DNA of 64,000 nucleotides from Gammaproteobacteria bacterium (GTDB taxonomy: Bacteria > Pseudomonadota > Gammaproteobacteria > Eutrophobiales > Eutrophobiaceae). Location of the stretch: contig JBCKWI010000001.1 in assembly GCA_038922795.1 (NCBI GenBank), positions 24,033 through 88,032 of the forward strand. The letters run 5' to 3'. Of the stretch, positions 8,118-19,427 are shown in pieces. Position 1 is the first letter of the stretch; every line of letters starts with the position of its first letter. A model generated the notes under the pieces. That model saw only the letters and a program-made list of their open reading frames with translations, had not been told where the DNA came from and ran no database searches. The translations under genes were made by a program, and so were the position numbers.

Positions 8118-9841
8118 AAAGGCATTATATAGTTAATAAGCAGTTGTAGCTGCCGACGGCCAGCAAATTCATTGATGTCCAGTTTATAGACGGTCTGCAC
8201 TCGCCCGGTCGATTCAGGCCAGTCTTCATCAGTGATATTAAAGGCGATGGCGTCAATGGCCCTGTTATTACCCGGATGCCGTAACTGTAATTTGAGATGC
8301 CTTTCACCAACGACACGGGTATTGATGACTTCAAACTCACCGTCAAACACAGGCTCGGGGAAACCCTGCCCCCAGGGTCCTGACGATATAATTTTTTCCG
8401 CCAGTTCAAAGCTCAATTCATTAACGGATAATTCACCATCGGAGAACAGCACCCCGTCCAGTTCATCGCCGGATAAAAACCTGCCCGTCACCTGATCAAA
8501 CAAAGAACTGAATTGATCAAAATCAGCCTCCCGGATGGTCAGGCCAGCAGCCATCGCATGACCGCCAAATTTACTGATGATGCCGGGATGCTGGCTGGCA
8601 ATCGTATCCAGCACATCACGGATATGCACACTGCTGATGGAACGTGCCGATCCCTTGATATAACCTTCCTTGTCTTTTGCAAAGACAATGGCCGGCCGGT
8701 TTATCTGGTCCTTGATTCTCCCGGCCAGAATTCCGACGACTCCCTGATGCCAGTTCTCATTGAACAGGCAGAGACCGTTCGGTAATGACGCCTGGTCATT
8801 CAAATCCAGATCGGCAATATCGATCATGGCCTGCGCCTGCATCTCTGCCTGTATCTCGCGCCGTTCCTTGTTGAGTTGTTCAAGCTTGAGGGCCATGTCC
8901 TTTGCCAACTGTTGATCATCGGTCAACAAACATTCAATACCGAGCGACATGTCGGTCAGTCTGCCAGCGGCATTCAGACGTGGCGCCACAGCGAAAGATA
9001 AATCCTGTGCAGTTATATTTTTTAAAGAACGATTGGCCGCCTTCAGTAATTCCCTGATCCCCGCGCAACACTTGCCGGAACGGATACGCGCAAGACCCTG
9101 TGCAACCAGGATGCGGTTATTGTGATCGAGTGGCACTACATCCGCGACTGTCCCCAGTGCCACCAGGTCCAATAATTCGGCCAGATTGGGTTCAGGGATG
9201 TTATTCACGGCAAACCAGTTCTGTTCACGCAGATGACTGCGCAGGGCGATCAGGATATAAAACATCACACCCACCCCGGCCAGGTTCTTGCTGGGGAAAC
9301 TGTCACCGGGCTGATTGGGATTGACTATCGCGTTGGCATCCGGGAGAGTCGAACCGGGCAAATGATGATCGGTAATTAATACCTCAATGTTTCTGGAACG
9401 TGCCAGTGCCACACCTTCTATACTGGAAATTCCATTATCTACGGTAATGATGACATCAGGTTTCAAATCAGACGCAACTTCAACGATTTCGGGACTCAAA
9501 CCATAACCAAATTCAAACCGGTTCGGGACAACATACTGGACATCACTAAATCCCATTAACTTCAGGCCGCGCAGGGCGAGTGCACAACTCGTTGCGCCAT
9601 CAGCATCAAAATCCGCAACAATTAGTAATTTTTTATTTTCTTTGAACGCATTGGCAAGCAGTGTCACAGCCTGATCCATGCCAAGCAGTGCTGCAAATGG
9701 CAATAACCCCCGCAACGAATAATCCAGTTCCGCCGCCGATTGTATGTTGCGTGCGGCATAGATGCGCCGTAATACAGGATGGATATCCCCGGAAAAACTG
9801 ACATCATTACGGAAGGTGCGGCGGGTGATATTAATTGGCAT
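8114..9841 (-). CDS. recJ: Single-stranded-DNA-specific exonuclease RecJ
   Basis: 575 aa. DHH/DHHA1 motifs are present (ADFDADGATS, ITDHH, GGHAMAAG). Confidence 0.95.
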   Translation of the reverse strand: MPINITRRTFRNDVSFSGDIHPVLRRIYAARNIQSAAELDYSLRGLLPFAALLGMDQAVTLLANAFKENKKLLIVADFDADGATSCALALRGLKLMGFSDVQYVVPNRFEFGYGLSPEIVEVASDLKPDVIITVDNGISSIEGVALARSRNIEVLITDHHLPGSTLPDANAIVNPNQPGDSFPSKNLAGVGVMFYILIALRSHLREQNWFAVNNIPEPNLAELLDLVALGTVADVVPLDHNNRILVAQGLARIRSGKCCAGIRELLKAANRSLKNITAQDLSFAVAPRLNAAGRLTDMSLGIECLLTDDQQLAKDMALKLEQLNKERREIQAEMQAQAMIDIADLDLNDQASLPNGLCLFNENWHQGVVGILAGRIKDQINRPAIVFAKDKEGYIKGSARSISSVHIRDVLDTIASQHPGIISKFGGHAMAAGLTIREADFDQFSSLFDQVTGRFLSGDELDGVLFSDGELSVNELSFELAEKIISSGPWGQGFPEPVFDGEFEVINTRVVGERHLKLQLRHPGNNRAIDAIAFNITDEDWPESTGRVQTVYKLDINEFAGRRQLQLLINYIMPL

Positions 9842-9858
9842 CAGAATAAGTAGTTAGT

Positions 9859-9935
9859 GTCATTTCGACCAACGGGTAGATCCCTCACTGCGTTCGGGAC
9901 GCCTACGGCGGATTTCTCGCTATGCTCGAAATGAC
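9859..9935. repeat. REP-type hairpin, family GTCATTTCGA...TCGAAATGAC, copy 1
   Basis: gtcatttcgaccaacggg...ggatttctcgctatgctcgaaatgac. Confidence 0.8.
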
Positions 9936-9952
9936 ATAAGAGTTTGTATTTA

Positions 9953-10975
9953 TCAATTTGCATAAACAGCAATTGATTTGGGCCGTTTCCAGAATTGATA
10001 AAGAGAAGACTTGCGGATTGTAAACTGCTGGTATTCAGTTATCAGCGTCAATTCTTCGATCTCTTTGGATTTTATGCAATCAATAGCCTCTGAAAACCAG
10101 AATTCCTCCAGATAGGCAATAAAATCCTGCCAGCCTTTCAGATCATGATACTGGCTGTGACGCAAACCAAAGGACATGACGGCCAATACATCATCTTCAT
10201 CCTCTGCAAGTTCAAGTGCATCATCAATTGAGTCTGGTAACTCCGCGCAGGGAATATTGGCCAGGACAGAAAAACCTTTTGCAATCTCCTCATCGGTAAA
10301 TACCCTGGTCCAGGGACATTTTACAAGGATGGGCAGTTCACCACAGCCCCAGAACCAGAGGCTGTTGACAGCACGCTCACCCCGCCGCTCACGTTCTGTA
10401 TTCACCTGACTTCCATGCAAAGTCATTTGTATTTCATTCAATAACTGTGCCCACGCCTGCTGGTCTTTTCCTGCCGGCATATAATAATGTATGTCCCTGC
10501 CGGCAACTTCATGAACCGGTATTGTTTTAATGTCAGGCGCAACATCCATGGTGATATACCAGCGATTAGTGGTAGGCGCTTCCAGTATCATGCCCCGTTC
10601 TGCCAGGATGTCTTTTACATCTGCCGCCAGCACCAGGGCATCATGCTGATCCAGCGTAAAGGTTGATTCATCCATCAGAACCAATCCCTGCCGGCCGGCA
10701 ACCAGATGTACCGGATCAGCCCGCATCCAGGGCCCCGCCAGTGAATGATCATCATCCACCAGTTTTGTTATCGCAGCGATAGGGAAATCTTTCTCTGCAT
10801 GGCGTTCAAGTTTGAACAACATGCATAATGCATCACTGAATCCAAACGGGATGAGTTGTTCACGGCTGGCACAGGCCAGCAGTTTTTCCAGTGATGGAAC
10901 TGGCGGGATATCCTGTTCAGATAAATCCCCGGCGGGTGTGAGCAGACCGGGGATGAACAGGGTTAAACTATGCAT
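9953..10975 (-). CDS. Conserved hypothetical protein (tentatively RpfE-type / phosphoglycerate-mutase-like family)
   Basis: Track ORF 9953..11017. The start is moved to ATG 10975 (MHSLTLFIPGLL) because the longer N-terminus is encoded by repeat element copy 2. The family call rests only on remembered similarity and on its position next to recJ and prfB-lysS. Confidence 0.45.
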   Translation of the reverse strand: MHSLTLFIPGLLTPAGDLSEQDIPPVPSLEKLLACASREQLIPFGFSDALCMLFKLERHAEKDFPIAAITKLVDDDHSLAGPWMRADPVHLVAGRQGLVLMDESTFTLDQHDALVLAADVKDILAERGMILEAPTTNRWYITMDVAPDIKTIPVHEVAGRDIHYYMPAGKDQQAWAQLLNEIQMTLHGSQVNTERERRGERAVNSLWFWGCGELPILVKCPWTRVFTDEEIAKGFSVLANIPCAELPDSIDDALELAEDEDDVLAVMSFGLRHSQYHDLKGWQDFIAYLEEFWFSEAIDCIKSKEIEELTLITEYQQFTIRKSSLYQFWKRPKSIAVYAN

Positions 10976-11000
10976 CGGAAATACAGCATGTAAAAAATTG

Positions 11001-11081
11001 CATATGGCAGGTAGCATATGGGGATAGTCGAATTAAAATTATTAATATTCCCATATTCTACATTCCATCTACCAGATACTA
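11001..11081. repeat. Palindromic GGTAG/CTACC element, copy 2
   Basis: gcatatggcaggtagcatatgggga - 25 nt AT-rich spacer - cccatattctacattccatctaccagatacta. Confidence 0.7.
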
Positions 11082-12218
11082 TAGATTATCCAATATCGCC
11101 TTCTTTACCTGGTCCAGATTTGCCTCGATCTTGACTACCGGTGCGGTGCTTTGCGCAATCGCAGTGTCCGGGTCTTTCAGGCCATGTCCGGTCAGGGTAC
11201 AAACCACACAACTGTTCTCCGCTATCTTTCCGGATTTAATATCACGCATGGCGCCTGCCAGTGATGTAGCCGATGCCGGTTCACAGAATACACCTTCTTT
11301 TTCAGCAAGCAGTTTCTGCGCGGCAAGGATCTCGTCATCAGTACATTCATCAAACCAGCCGCCGGATTCCTTGTTGACTATCCAGGCCTGGTCCCAGGAC
11401 TGCGGATGACCGATACGGATCGCGGTTGCAACGGTCTCCGGATCATCCACCATTTTGCCACGGAGGAATGGTGCGGAACCACTGGCCTGATAACCGGCCA
11501 TCTTGGGCCGTTGACCGGCACTCGGGCCGCCGGCAAACCGGCAATGCCCTTTGCAGAAAGCACAGGCATCCGTAACGTGATCGCCATCCTTGCAGGCATA
11601 TTCACTGTAACCGATCCAGTGTGCCGTGATGTTGCCTGCATTACCTACAGGCAGGCAATGATAATCCGGTGCGCGCCCGAGCTCTTCAACGATCTCGAAC
11701 GCCGCAGTCTTCTGTCCCTGCAAACGATAAGGATTGATAGAGTTAACGATAGTGACGGGCGCAGTCTGTGCGACTTCTTTTACCAGCCGCATGCCATCAT
11801 CAAAATTGCCCTTGATCTGGATCACAACCGCACCTTCCATCATGGCCTGTGCGAGTTTGCCCTGGGCGATCTTCCCATCCGGTATCAACACAAACGCAGT
11901 GATTCCTGCACGCGCCGCATAAGCCGCGGCCGAGGCTGATGTATTACCAGTCGATGCGCAGATGATGGCCTTTGAACCTTCTTCCATGGCCTTGGTGACT
12001 GCCATGGTCATGCCACGATCTTTAAACGATCCGGTAGGATTCAGTCCTTCATATTTCACATAGATATCGACATCCTTACCGGTCAGTTCCGGAATATTAT
12101 GCAGCCGGATCAGTGGTGTATTCCCTTCACCCAGGCTGATGATGCGGGTGTCATCATGCACCGGCAGACGGTCACGGTAACGTTCGATGAGACCGGTATA
12201 TCTTTGTCTGAAGCTCAT
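11079..12218 (-). CDS. thrC: Threonine synthase
   Basis: Track ORF 11079..12341. The start is placed at ATG 12218 ([20 protein letters not shown]), which excludes element copy 3. The PLP motif [10 protein letters not shown] is present. Confidence 0.9.
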   Translation of the reverse strand: MSFRQRYTGLIERYRDRLPVHDDTRIISLGEGNTPLIRLHNIPELTGKDVDIYVKYEGLNPTGSFKDRGMTMAVTKAMEEGSKAIICASTGNTSASAAAYAARAGITAFVLIPDGKIAQGKLAQAMMEGAVVIQIKGNFDDGMRLVKEVAQTAPVTIVNSINPYRLQGQKTAAFEIVEELGRAPDYHCLPVGNAGNITAHWIGYSEYACKDGDHVTDACAFCKGHCRFAGGPSAGQRPKMAGYQASGSAPFLRGKMVDDPETVATAIRIGHPQSWDQAWIVNKESGGWFDECTDDEILAAQKLLAEKEGVFCEPASATSLAGAMRDIKSGKIAENSCVVCTLTGHGLKDPDTAIAQSTAPVVKIEANLDQVKKAILDNL

Positions 12219-12260
12219 TCTGTTTCTATATTTTTCTGAAGTTACTTTACTTAACTGGAC

Positions 12261-12355
12261 AGTATTTAGTAGATGGTATATGGGGAACATCCTGCCCACC
12301 TGCCACATTCTACCTACCAAATTCCATCCACCATATTCCAACTACCACCTACCAG
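12261..12355. repeat. Palindromic GGTAG/CTACC element, copy 3
   Basis: agtatttagtagatggtatatgggga - acatcctg - cccacctgccacattctacctaccaaattccatccaccatattccaactaccacctaccag. Confidence 0.7.
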
Positions 12356-12358
12356 CGG

Positions 12359-13672
12359 TCACTCCAATGTTTCCAACCGTATCCGCATGACCTTGTCATA
12401 AATGCTATCGAGGGCTTCGATCTCTTTAATGGCCTTGTTCATGAATTTTTCCTGCACACGCTGTGTCAACATGATCACTGGCACATGGCTCGCGCCTTCG
12501 GCAGGTTCTTTCTGCAAGATGGCTTCAATGCTGATCCCGGCATCACCCAGTATCCGTGTCACATCAGCAAGCACACCCGGCCGATCGATCGCTTGCATGC
12601 GCAGATAATAGGCAGTCTCTACTTCATCCATGGGTAGTATCGACACGTCAGACAATTTATTTGGCTGGAAGGCCAGGTGCGGGACACGATTATTCGGATC
12701 AGTTGTCAGGACACGCGCAACATCCACTACATCTGCAATCACAGCGGAAGCCGTAGGTTCGGATCCGGCCCCGGCACCATAATAAAGAGTCGGGCCAACA
12801 GCATCACCTTGCACCACCACGGCATTCATTACACCGTTCACATTCGCAATCAGACGGCGCTCGGGTATGAGTGTGGGATGCACACGTAGTTCTATACCTT
12901 TATCTGTTTTGCGTGCGATACCAAGGTGTTTAATCCGGTAACCCAGTTCGTCTGCATAGACTACATCCTGCTGTTCGATCTTTGTGATCCCTTCTGTGTA
13001 GGTTTTATCAAACTGCAACGGGATACCAAATGCAATGGAACCGAGAATGGTCAATTTGTGGGCGGCATCAATGCCTTCCACATCGAACGTTGGATCGGCC
13101 TCGGCATAACCCAGCGCCTGGGCTTCTTTGAGCACATCATCAAACGTCCTGCCCTTTTCGCGCATCTCGGTCAGGATAAAATTTCCTGTGCCGTTGATGA
13201 TACCAGCCACCCACAGGATCTGATTGGCGGCAAGTCCTTCGCGGATTGCCTTGATGATCGGGATGCCACCGGCAACGGCTGCTTCAAATGCAACCATCAC
13301 ACCTTTTTTCTGGGCCGCGGCAAATATCTCGTTGCCGTGTTTTGCGATGAGCGCCTTGTTCGCGGTGACCACATGCTTGCCATTCTCGATGGCCTTGAGC
13401 ACCAGTTCCCGTGCCGGTGAATAGCCGCCTATCAATTCGATAACGATATCAACATCGGGATTATTCACGACTTCAAAGGCATCATCCGTAATCTTGTCAA
13501 TTTTATCCAGACCGTGAATCTTCTCAGCGTTATATTCCTTTGCCGCAGCGTGACAGATCCGGATCTCACGTCCGGCCCGGCGTGCGATTTCTTCAGCATT
13601 ACGGTGCAGCACATTGATCGTACCACTGCCTACCGTACCCATGCCTAACAGACCCACTTTGACTGGTTTCAT
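12359..13672 (-). CDS. hom: Homoserine dehydrogenase
   Basis: 437 aa. It has an N-terminal NAD fold (VGLLGMGTVGSG), a catalytic domain and a C-terminal ACT-like domain. Its start overlaps the upstream stop (TAATG). Confidence 0.95.
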   Translation of the reverse strand: MKPVKVGLLGMGTVGSGTINVLHRNAEEIARRAGREIRICHAAAKEYNAEKIHGLDKIDKITDDAFEVVNNPDVDIVIELIGGYSPARELVLKAIENGKHVVTANKALIAKHGNEIFAAAQKKGVMVAFEAAVAGGIPIIKAIREGLAANQILWVAGIINGTGNFILTEMREKGRTFDDVLKEAQALGYAEADPTFDVEGIDAAHKLTILGSIAFGIPLQFDKTYTEGITKIEQQDVVYADELGYRIKHLGIARKTDKGIELRVHPTLIPERRLIANVNGVMNAVVVQGDAVGPTLYYGAGAGSEPTASAVIADVVDVARVLTTDPNNRVPHLAFQPNKLSDVSILPMDEVETAYYLRMQAIDRPGVLADVTRILGDAGISIEAILQKEPAEGASHVPVIMLTQRVQEKFMNKAIKEIEALDSIYDKVMRIRLETLE

Positions 13673-14880
13673 TATGCTTCCTTCTTTACATCAAACGCCG
13701 GAGTTTCTTCACGAAACATTGAACGGATCCCACGAACCGCTTGCCGGGTACGATGTTCATTTTCAATGAGTGCAAAACGCACATGCTTGTCGCCATATTC
13801 ACCAAAACCGATCCCCGGTGATACGGCCACCTTGGCTTCACTTAATACCTTCTTGGAAAACTCGATCGAACCCATGGCCTGGAATTGTTCGGGGATGGGG
13901 GCCCAGACAAACATTGTGCCCTTGGGTTTTTCCACAACCCAACCGGCGGAGTTCAGTCCTTCACATAACACATCACGGCGGCGCCGGTACATATCACGGA
14001 TATCCGCCACACATTGTTGATCACCTTCCAGTGCGGTAATCGCCGCTACCTGCACCGGGGTAAACAACCCGTAATCCAGATAGGATTTTAATCGGGTCAG
14101 TGCTTTGACCAGTGTCTGGTTGCCAACCATGAAGCCCACACGCCAGCCGGGCATGTTGTAACTCTTGGACAGGGTAAAGAATTCAACCGCAACATCCTTG
14201 GCGCCCGGTACCTGCAAAATAGAAGGTGCGGTGTAACCATCAAATACGATATCGGCATAGGCAAGATCCTGAACCACCCAGATGTCATGTTCACGCGCAA
14301 TCTCGATGACCTTTTCGAAAAACGATAATTCAACACATTCCGTAGTCGGATTGCCGGGGAAATTCAACAATAGTAATTTTGGTTTGGGCCACGAATCGCG
14401 TATGGCCTTTTCCAGCTCCGCAAAAAAATCAAAGCCCGGCCCTATCGGTACATGCCGGACATCGGCCCCGGCGATTACAAATCCGAACGGATGAATGGGA
14501 TAGGATGGATTCGGCACCAGTACCGCATCACCACGATCGACTACGGCCATGGCGAGATGCGCCAGACCTTCCTTGGAACCGATAGTGACGATGGCCTCGG
14601 ATTCAGGATCGAGATCCACGTCATAGCGTTTTTTATACCAGTTGCAGATGGCCCGGCGCAGTCTCGGGATACCGCGTGACCAGGAATAACGATGCGTATC
14701 TTCGCGGCTGGCCGCCTCGATCATTTTGTCGACGATATGCTGTGGCGGCGGCTGGTCCGGATTCCCCATGCCGAAGTCGATGATATCCTCGCCACGATGG
14801 CGTGCCTCCATTTTCAGGTCATTGACGATGGCGAACACATACGGCGGCAGCCGGTTAATTCTTGGAAATTCGTTGTTCAA
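13672..14880 (-). CDS. Class I/II PLP-dependent aminotransferase (AlaC-like)
   Basis: Track ORF 13672..15048 is over-extended into element copy 4. A probable TTG start at 14880 gives (M)[15 protein letters not shown], the usual family N-terminus. The PLP-lysine motif [12 protein letters not shown] is present. Confidence 0.85.
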   Translation of the reverse strand: MNNEFPRINRLPPYVFAIVNDLKMEARHRGEDIIDFGMGNPDQPPPQHIVDKMIEAASREDTHRYSWSRGIPRLRRAICNWYKKRYDVDLDPESEAIVTIGSKEGLAHLAMAVVDRGDAVLVPNPSYPIHPFGFVIAGADVRHVPIGPGFDFFAELEKAIRDSWPKPKLLLLNFPGNPTTECVELSFFEKVIEIAREHDIWVVQDLAYADIVFDGYTAPSILQVPGAKDVAVEFFTLSKSYNMPGWRVGFMVGNQTLVKALTRLKSYLDYGLFTPVQVAAITALEGDQQCVADIRDMYRRRRDVLCEGLNSAGWVVEKPKGTMFVWAPIPEQFQAMGSIEFSKKVLSEAKVAVSPGIGFGEYGDKHVRFALIENEHRTRQAVRGIRSMFREETPAFDVKKEA

Positions 14881-14940
14881 GTCAGTAAACCTGTAAATTA
14901 ATGTAAACCTCAAAAAGGCGAATGAGTATAAGGCATTTAA

Positions 14941-15145
14941 CTGGAAGGTGGAATTTGGTAGTTGGGAGCCGGAATTTGGTATGTAGTAGATGGCATATGG
15001 GGGACACAAACCTTTCGCCAACTCTGATTCCCATATTCTACCTACCATCTACCGTATTCCGTATTCCGTATTCCGTATTCCATATCCCACCTACCATCTA
15101 CCGTATTCCGTATCCTACCTACTACCTACCATATTCCAAATTCCT
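14941..15145. repeat. Palindromic GGTAG/CTACC element, copy 4 (largest; contains a (CCGTATT)4 tract at 15052..15079)
   Basis: Left arm: ctggaaggtggaatttggtagttgggagccggaatttggtatgtagtagatggcatatggggg. A 26-nt spacer follows. The right arm is cccatattctacctaccatctaccgtattccgtattccg...ctacctactacctaccatattcc. Confidence 0.75.
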
Positions 15146-15171
15146 AAAGCTTTTCCTTTATACTGTGCCCC

Positions 15172-15996
15172 ATGACTAGAATTGCTGCCATCCAGATGGT
15201 CTCAACCGATAATGTTGAGACCAACTTAAACTCTGCCGCTGATCTTATCCGGCAGGGCGTGGCTGATCACGCTGAATTTCTGGTTTTACCGGAAAATTTC
15301 CCGCTGATGGGACAGCACGAACAGGACAAGCTGGCCGTGAAGGAACCTTTTGGCCATGGTCCTATCCAGGATTTCCTGAGTAAACAGGCTCAGCAGCACC
15401 AGATTTGGCTGATAGGCGGTACCATCCCGATTCAGGCCAGTGTACCGGATAAAATCCGTGCTGCCTGCCTCCTCTATAATCCGCAGGGAGAGTGCATTGC
15501 TCGCTACGACAAGATCCACCTGTTTGATGTCAGTGTTAATGGTGGCAATGAAACCTATAACGAATCAAGTACCATAGAGGCCGGTAACGGGATTACTGTC
15601 GCAAAAACCCCGTTCGGTAATATCGGCATGTCGGTCTGTTATGACCTGCGCTTCCCGGAAATATACCGGAACATGCTTAACCAGGATGTTAATATCATTA
15701 CTGTCCCCTCCGCCTTTACCGCTACCACCGGCAAGGCGCACTGGGAGACATTGTTGCGTGCCCGGGCCGTGGAGAACTTAAGTTATGTCATCGCGCCTAA
15801 TCAGGGAGGCCGGCACATAAATAATAAAGAGACCTGGGGCCACAGCATGGTCATAAATCCCTGGGGCGATATCCTCGCTGTGGTTGAGCATGGAGAAGGC
15901 ATAGCCTGTGCGGATATCGATCTCGAACAACTGAAGACATTGCGGAATAATTTCCCGGCACTGAAACACCGGACATTGGACTATCACAAGACATGA
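15172..15996 (+). CDS. Carbon-nitrogen hydrolase family protein (Nit-like)
   Basis: 274 aa. The E-K-C triad contexts are VLPENF, HLFD and [10 protein letters not shown]. It overlaps the tldD start by 4 nt. Confidence 0.85.
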   Translation: MTRIAAIQMVSTDNVETNLNSAADLIRQGVADHAEFLVLPENFPLMGQHEQDKLAVKEPFGHGPIQDFLSKQAQQHQIWLIGGTIPIQASVPDKIRAACLLYNPQGECIARYDKIHLFDVSVNGGNETYNESSTIEAGNGITVAKTPFGNIGMSVCYDLRFPEIYRNMLNQDVNIITVPSAFTATTGKAHWETLLRARAVENLSYVIAPNQGGRHINNKETWGHSMVINPWGDILAVVEHGEGIACADIDLEQLKTLRNNFPALKHRTLDYHKT

Positions 15997-17435
15997 GTAA
16001 AACACTGGACATCGCCAAACATCAATTGCTGGACAGCGGCGGACTGCAGGTCAATGACATTCAGAAAACACTGGACCAATTGATGCAGCATGATATTGAT
16101 ACGGCTGATCTGTATTTTGAATCCTCACATGCGGAATCCTGGGTGCTGGAAGACGGGATCGTCAAGGAAGGATCGCACAGCATTGATCAGGGTGTCGGCG
16201 TACGCGCCATCAGTGGCGACAAAACCGGCTTCGCCTATTCCGATGAAATTGTCTTACCGGCATTGGCCAGTGCGGCAGAAGCAGCGCGTGCGATTGCCAG
16301 AAGTGGTGGAGCAGGCAAATTGCAGGCCTGGAAACAACAGAACACCCCCGCACTCTATACTGCTGCCGATCCGCTCGTCTCAATCGGTGCGGAGGAGAAA
16401 ATCAATCTATTGAAACGCATTGATGCAGAAGCCCGGAAAAAAGACCCGCGTGTCAAACAGGTGCTGGTCGGGATGAATGCCATGCATACAACCATTCTGG
16501 TGGCTGCCAATGACGGTACGTTTGCCGCGGACATACGTCCACTCGTGCGTTTGAATATTAATGTTATCGTGGAACAGAACGGCCGCATCGAAAAAGGCGG
16601 CGCCGGCGGCGGTGGCCGCTTAGGATATGAATATTTTCTGAATGACAATTTATTTACCACCTATATTGATGAAGCTGTTGCACAGGCACTGACAAATCTT
16701 GAAGCCGTCAATGCGCCGGCAGGTGCAATGACCGTGGTACTCGGTCCGGGCTGGCCCGGCATTTTATTACATGAAGCCATCGGCCATGGTCTTGAAGGTG
16801 ATTTTAACCGTAAGAAAACATCTGCATTCTCCGGCCGCATCGGCGAACGCGTCGCCACACCGGAAGTGACCGTTGTGGATGATGGCACCATAGTCAACCG
16901 GCGCGGCTCACTCAATATCGATGATGAAGGTACGCCGACGCAATGCACGACACTGATCGAACGCGGCATCCTGCGTGGTTACCTGCAAGACAAACACAAT
17001 GCAAAACTCATGGGCATGCAGCCGACCGGCAATGGCCGGCGCGAATCCTACGCTCACCTCACCATGCCGCGCATGACCAACACCTACATGCTCGGCGGAT
17101 CACACACACCGGAAGAGATCATCGCTTCGGTAAGCAAGGGCATCTATGCACAACAGTTTGGTGGCGGGCAAGTAGATATCACCAACGGCAAGTTCGTATT
17201 CAGTGCCAGCCAGGCGTATCTCATCGAAAATGGAAAGATCACCAGGCCCATCAAGGGCGCGACCATTATCGGCAACGGCCCCGATGTGTTGACACGGGTC
17301 TCCATGGTTGGCAATGACATGCAAATGGATTCCGGTATCGGTACCTGTGGCAAGGACGGCCAGTCCGTGCCAGTCGGTGTCGGCCAGCCAACCATCCGTA
17401 TCGATAATCTGACCGTGGGTGGAACAGCTGCCTGA
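15993..17435 (+). CDS. tldD: Metalloprotease TldD
   Basis: 480 aa. It has the [11 protein letters not shown] zinc motif and TldD/PmbA-family sequence throughout. Confidence 0.95.
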   Translation: MSKTLDIAKHQLLDSGGLQVNDIQKTLDQLMQHDIDTADLYFESSHAESWVLEDGIVKEGSHSIDQGVGVRAISGDKTGFAYSDEIVLPALASAAEAARAIARSGGAGKLQAWKQQNTPALYTAADPLVSIGAEEKINLLKRIDAEARKKDPRVKQVLVGMNAMHTTILVAANDGTFAADIRPLVRLNINVIVEQNGRIEKGGAGGGGRLGYEYFLNDNLFTTYIDEAVAQALTNLEAVNAPAGAMTVVLGPGWPGILLHEAIGHGLEGDFNRKKTSAFSGRIGERVATPEVTVVDDGTIVNRRGSLNIDDEGTPTQCTTLIERGILRGYLQDKHNAKLMGMQPTGNGRRESYAHLTMPRMTNTYMLGGSHTPEEIIASVSKGIYAQQFGGGQVDITNGKFVFSASQAYLIENGKITRPIKGATIIGNGPDVLTRVSMVGNDMQMDSGIGTCGKDGQSVPVGVGQPTIRIDNLTVGGTAA

Positions 17436-17518
17436 ACGTATCAATCTGATATAAACTGTTTATTCGGATCACATTACAGTATTAAAATTGTTTCGGGAAA
17501 AAAGAAAGGAGAAAAATT

Positions 17519-17893
17519 ATGAGTAATGCCTCTGCCAATTTGAATGATTACGATGCCATTGCCAAAACTGTTCAGCACTATATAGATGGCGCCATTTCTG
17601 GCCGGGGTGATGACATGAAACCTGCTTTCCACAAGGATGCCATGATTTTTGGTTACGTTGGTAATGATTTAATGGCCGGGCCCATCCAGCAACTATTTGA
17701 CTGGAATGATAAAAATGGCCCGGCAAAAGAATTACAGTCTCGTATTGCCAGCATTGATATTTACGGATCGATTGCCTCAGTGCGCCTGGAACTTGACAAC
17801 TGGACCGGACACCGGTTTACCGATCTGCATACATTGCTTAAAGTTGATGGGGAATGGAAGATTATGAACAAGGTTTTCCACCTGCACATCTAA
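17519..17893 (+). CDS. NTF2-like / SnoaL-type (putative lumazine-binding) small protein
   Basis: 124 aa with a good RBS (aggagaaaaattATG). The C-terminus DGEWKIMNKVFH and the overall pattern fit the NTF2-like fold. Confidence 0.6.
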   Translation: MSNASANLNDYDAIAKTVQHYIDGAISGRGDDMKPAFHKDAMIFGYVGNDLMAGPIQQLFDWNDKNGPAKELQSRIASIDIYGSIASVRLELDNWTGHRFTDLHTLLKVDGEWKIMNKVFHLHI

Positions 17894-18014
17894 GCGGACA
17901 GTGATTTAATGGCAACCTCACAACGCAAGTATTTGACGATGATAATGCAGCACAAACCAGTAAAGAATTGAAATCTCACTATTACACAGACTCTTGAGCC
18001 ATTCTGTTTTTTCC

Positions 18015-18227
18015 ATGCAAAACCGTATTTATTCCGGACTGAAGTATTCGCTCTTCAATATCCTGTTGCTATGTTCTTTGTCTGTTCATGCACGCCAGCT
18101 TGAAGTGCCGTTACAACTGGAACAGGGTTTCATGCAACGTCTGCTGGCGGAACAGGTTTATACCGAAACTAATGGCGAAGCGCAGGGAAGCCTTCTGTGG
18201 CGACTGGGCAAGGATGTGCCTGCCTGA
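18015..18227 (+). pseudogene. Truncated paralogous copy of the 5-prime end (signal peptide plus about 50 aa) of the lytic transglycosylase gene at 20328
   Basis: MQNRIYSGLKYSLFNILLLCSLSVHARQLEVPLQLEQGFMQRLLAEQVYTETNGEA aligns with MQACVYFRLKHFLFAVLLCSPLSGHARQIDVPLRLEQGFMQRLLAEQVYTENDGEA. The DNA at 18088..18185 is roughly 88 percent identical by eye to 20400..20497. It ends in a stop after 70 aa. Confidence 0.8.
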
Positions 18228-18396
18228 CATCCCTGTCATATCGTTCAGCGAGGCAACAATCGGAAACCCTTATATTGAAGACCACGAGAGCCGGTTAATT
18301 TACTATAATTATCCCCAAGGGAATGATCAGTTTAAGGAATAGATAGAAGCGACGTTGAAACGACAGTGTAGGCTATTATGAGCAGAAGGTAGATTT

Positions 18397-18750
18397 ATGA
18401 AGGCAAAGTTTGTTGGTTTTGGCGAGATCGAAATCGATGGTCAGCCCTACGACTTTGATGTCGTCATCGACAAGGGCAAGATCCACAAGCGGAAAAAGAA
18501 GCCCTCCAAGGCATATCGTGAACAATATGGCCACACACCGCTGTCGATTAATGAAGAAATCCCCTGGGGCGGGAAACACTTAATCATCGGTACTGGCGCC
18601 CACGGGCAATTGCCAATTATGCCGGAGTTCTTTGCTGAGGCCAGGCAACGCGGCATTAAGATCGTCGCAGTGCCAACTGATGAGGCCTGCAGGCTCATTT
18701 CGGAAAAAGAGGGCGAAAATGTCCAGGCGATCCTGCACGTGACTTGCTGA
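18397..18750 (+). CDS. Mth938-like (DUF498) domain protein
   Basis: 117 aa. It has GFGEIEIDGQPYDFDVVI and LIIGTGAHGQLPIMPEFFAEARQRGIKIVAVPTDEACRL, which I remember as typical of this family. Confidence 0.55.
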   Translation: MKAKFVGFGEIEIDGQPYDFDVVIDKGKIHKRKKKPSKAYREQYGHTPLSINEEIPWGGKHLIIGTGAHGQLPIMPEFFAEARQRGIKIVAVPTDEACRLISEKEGENVQAILHVTC

Positions 18751-18929
18751 CCTGTCGATTTCACAATAAAAATAATGAATGCGATGCTTAATAAAACCAT
18801 TAACTCAGACGCAAGAAAGTGCCGCTTCCTTATGCTGGTTATGGTTGGTGTTAGACATCATTAATTAAATATATGGAAAAAGTATCTGCGGATTAAACGT
18901 AGTAGAAACTACAAAAAGGAGAAAGATTA

Positions 18930-19292
18930 ATGGATATGTTAAGAAAGTTGATTGGTCCAAAATCGAAATACGATAAAAGCCTGCCATATACCTATGAAGC
19001 AAGAGTACAAATTATAGAAGGAGTAGATGAATACAACTTTTATTTATCAGACACAATATGTGGCTTAATCGAATACCTGGAAAAAAATGAAATTAAACCG
19101 AAAGAAGTTAAGATTTATGAGGTATATCAGAGCGAAGAGAAAGTGATTCAACAAGATCTCTATACAACAAAAGAAGGAGGGTGGCTACATAGACCAGAAA
19201 TATGTCAATGTTTTAGTGAACATTATAAAGGACATATTTATAAAGGCGGATGTTCCTTTATGGATAGGGAGCGTAATGGAATTGGACCATAA
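18930..19292 (+). CDS. Hypothetical protein (low-GC)
   Basis: 120 aa with a strong RBS (aaaggagaaagattaATG). I recognised no motif. It is AT-rich relative to its neighbours. Confidence 0.5.
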   Translation: MDMLRKLIGPKSKYDKSLPYTYEARVQIIEGVDEYNFYLSDTICGLIEYLEKNEIKPKEVKIYEVYQSEEKVIQQDLYTTKEGGWLHRPEICQCFSEHYKGHIYKGGCSFMDRERNGIGP

Positions 19293-19427
19293 GCCAAAAA
19301 TCAAAAAGAGAAAATGAAATATTAATGGCAATGTATTGTAACAAGGATGTCTAATGTTTATGAGGCCCCGTTAAGTCAGGGCAGACTCGATTGATGCAGC
19401 CCGTGAATGTCCGTCCCGACCTGATGG

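Noticed and set aside
12187-15179. Small ORFs rich in Y/H/L/P/T (12187..12390, 14922..15179, 14990..15175; also 32752..32988) and N-terminal extensions of thrC, the aminotransferase and ORF 9953..11017
   Set aside because: They are encoded entirely by the GGTAG/CTACC palindromic elements. Conserved protein N-termini begin downstream of the elements.
18850-19376. Possible further integron-type cassette: GTTAGAC (18850) before the low-GC ORF 18930..19292, near-complement GTCTAAT (19349) and GTTAAGT (19370) after it
   Set aside because: The heptamers are suggestive, but the sequence between GTCTAAT and GTTAAGT is only about 28 nt. I could not build an attC-like hairpin, and one inverse-core position is mismatched. 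It is left as a coincidence unless an attC model says otherwise.
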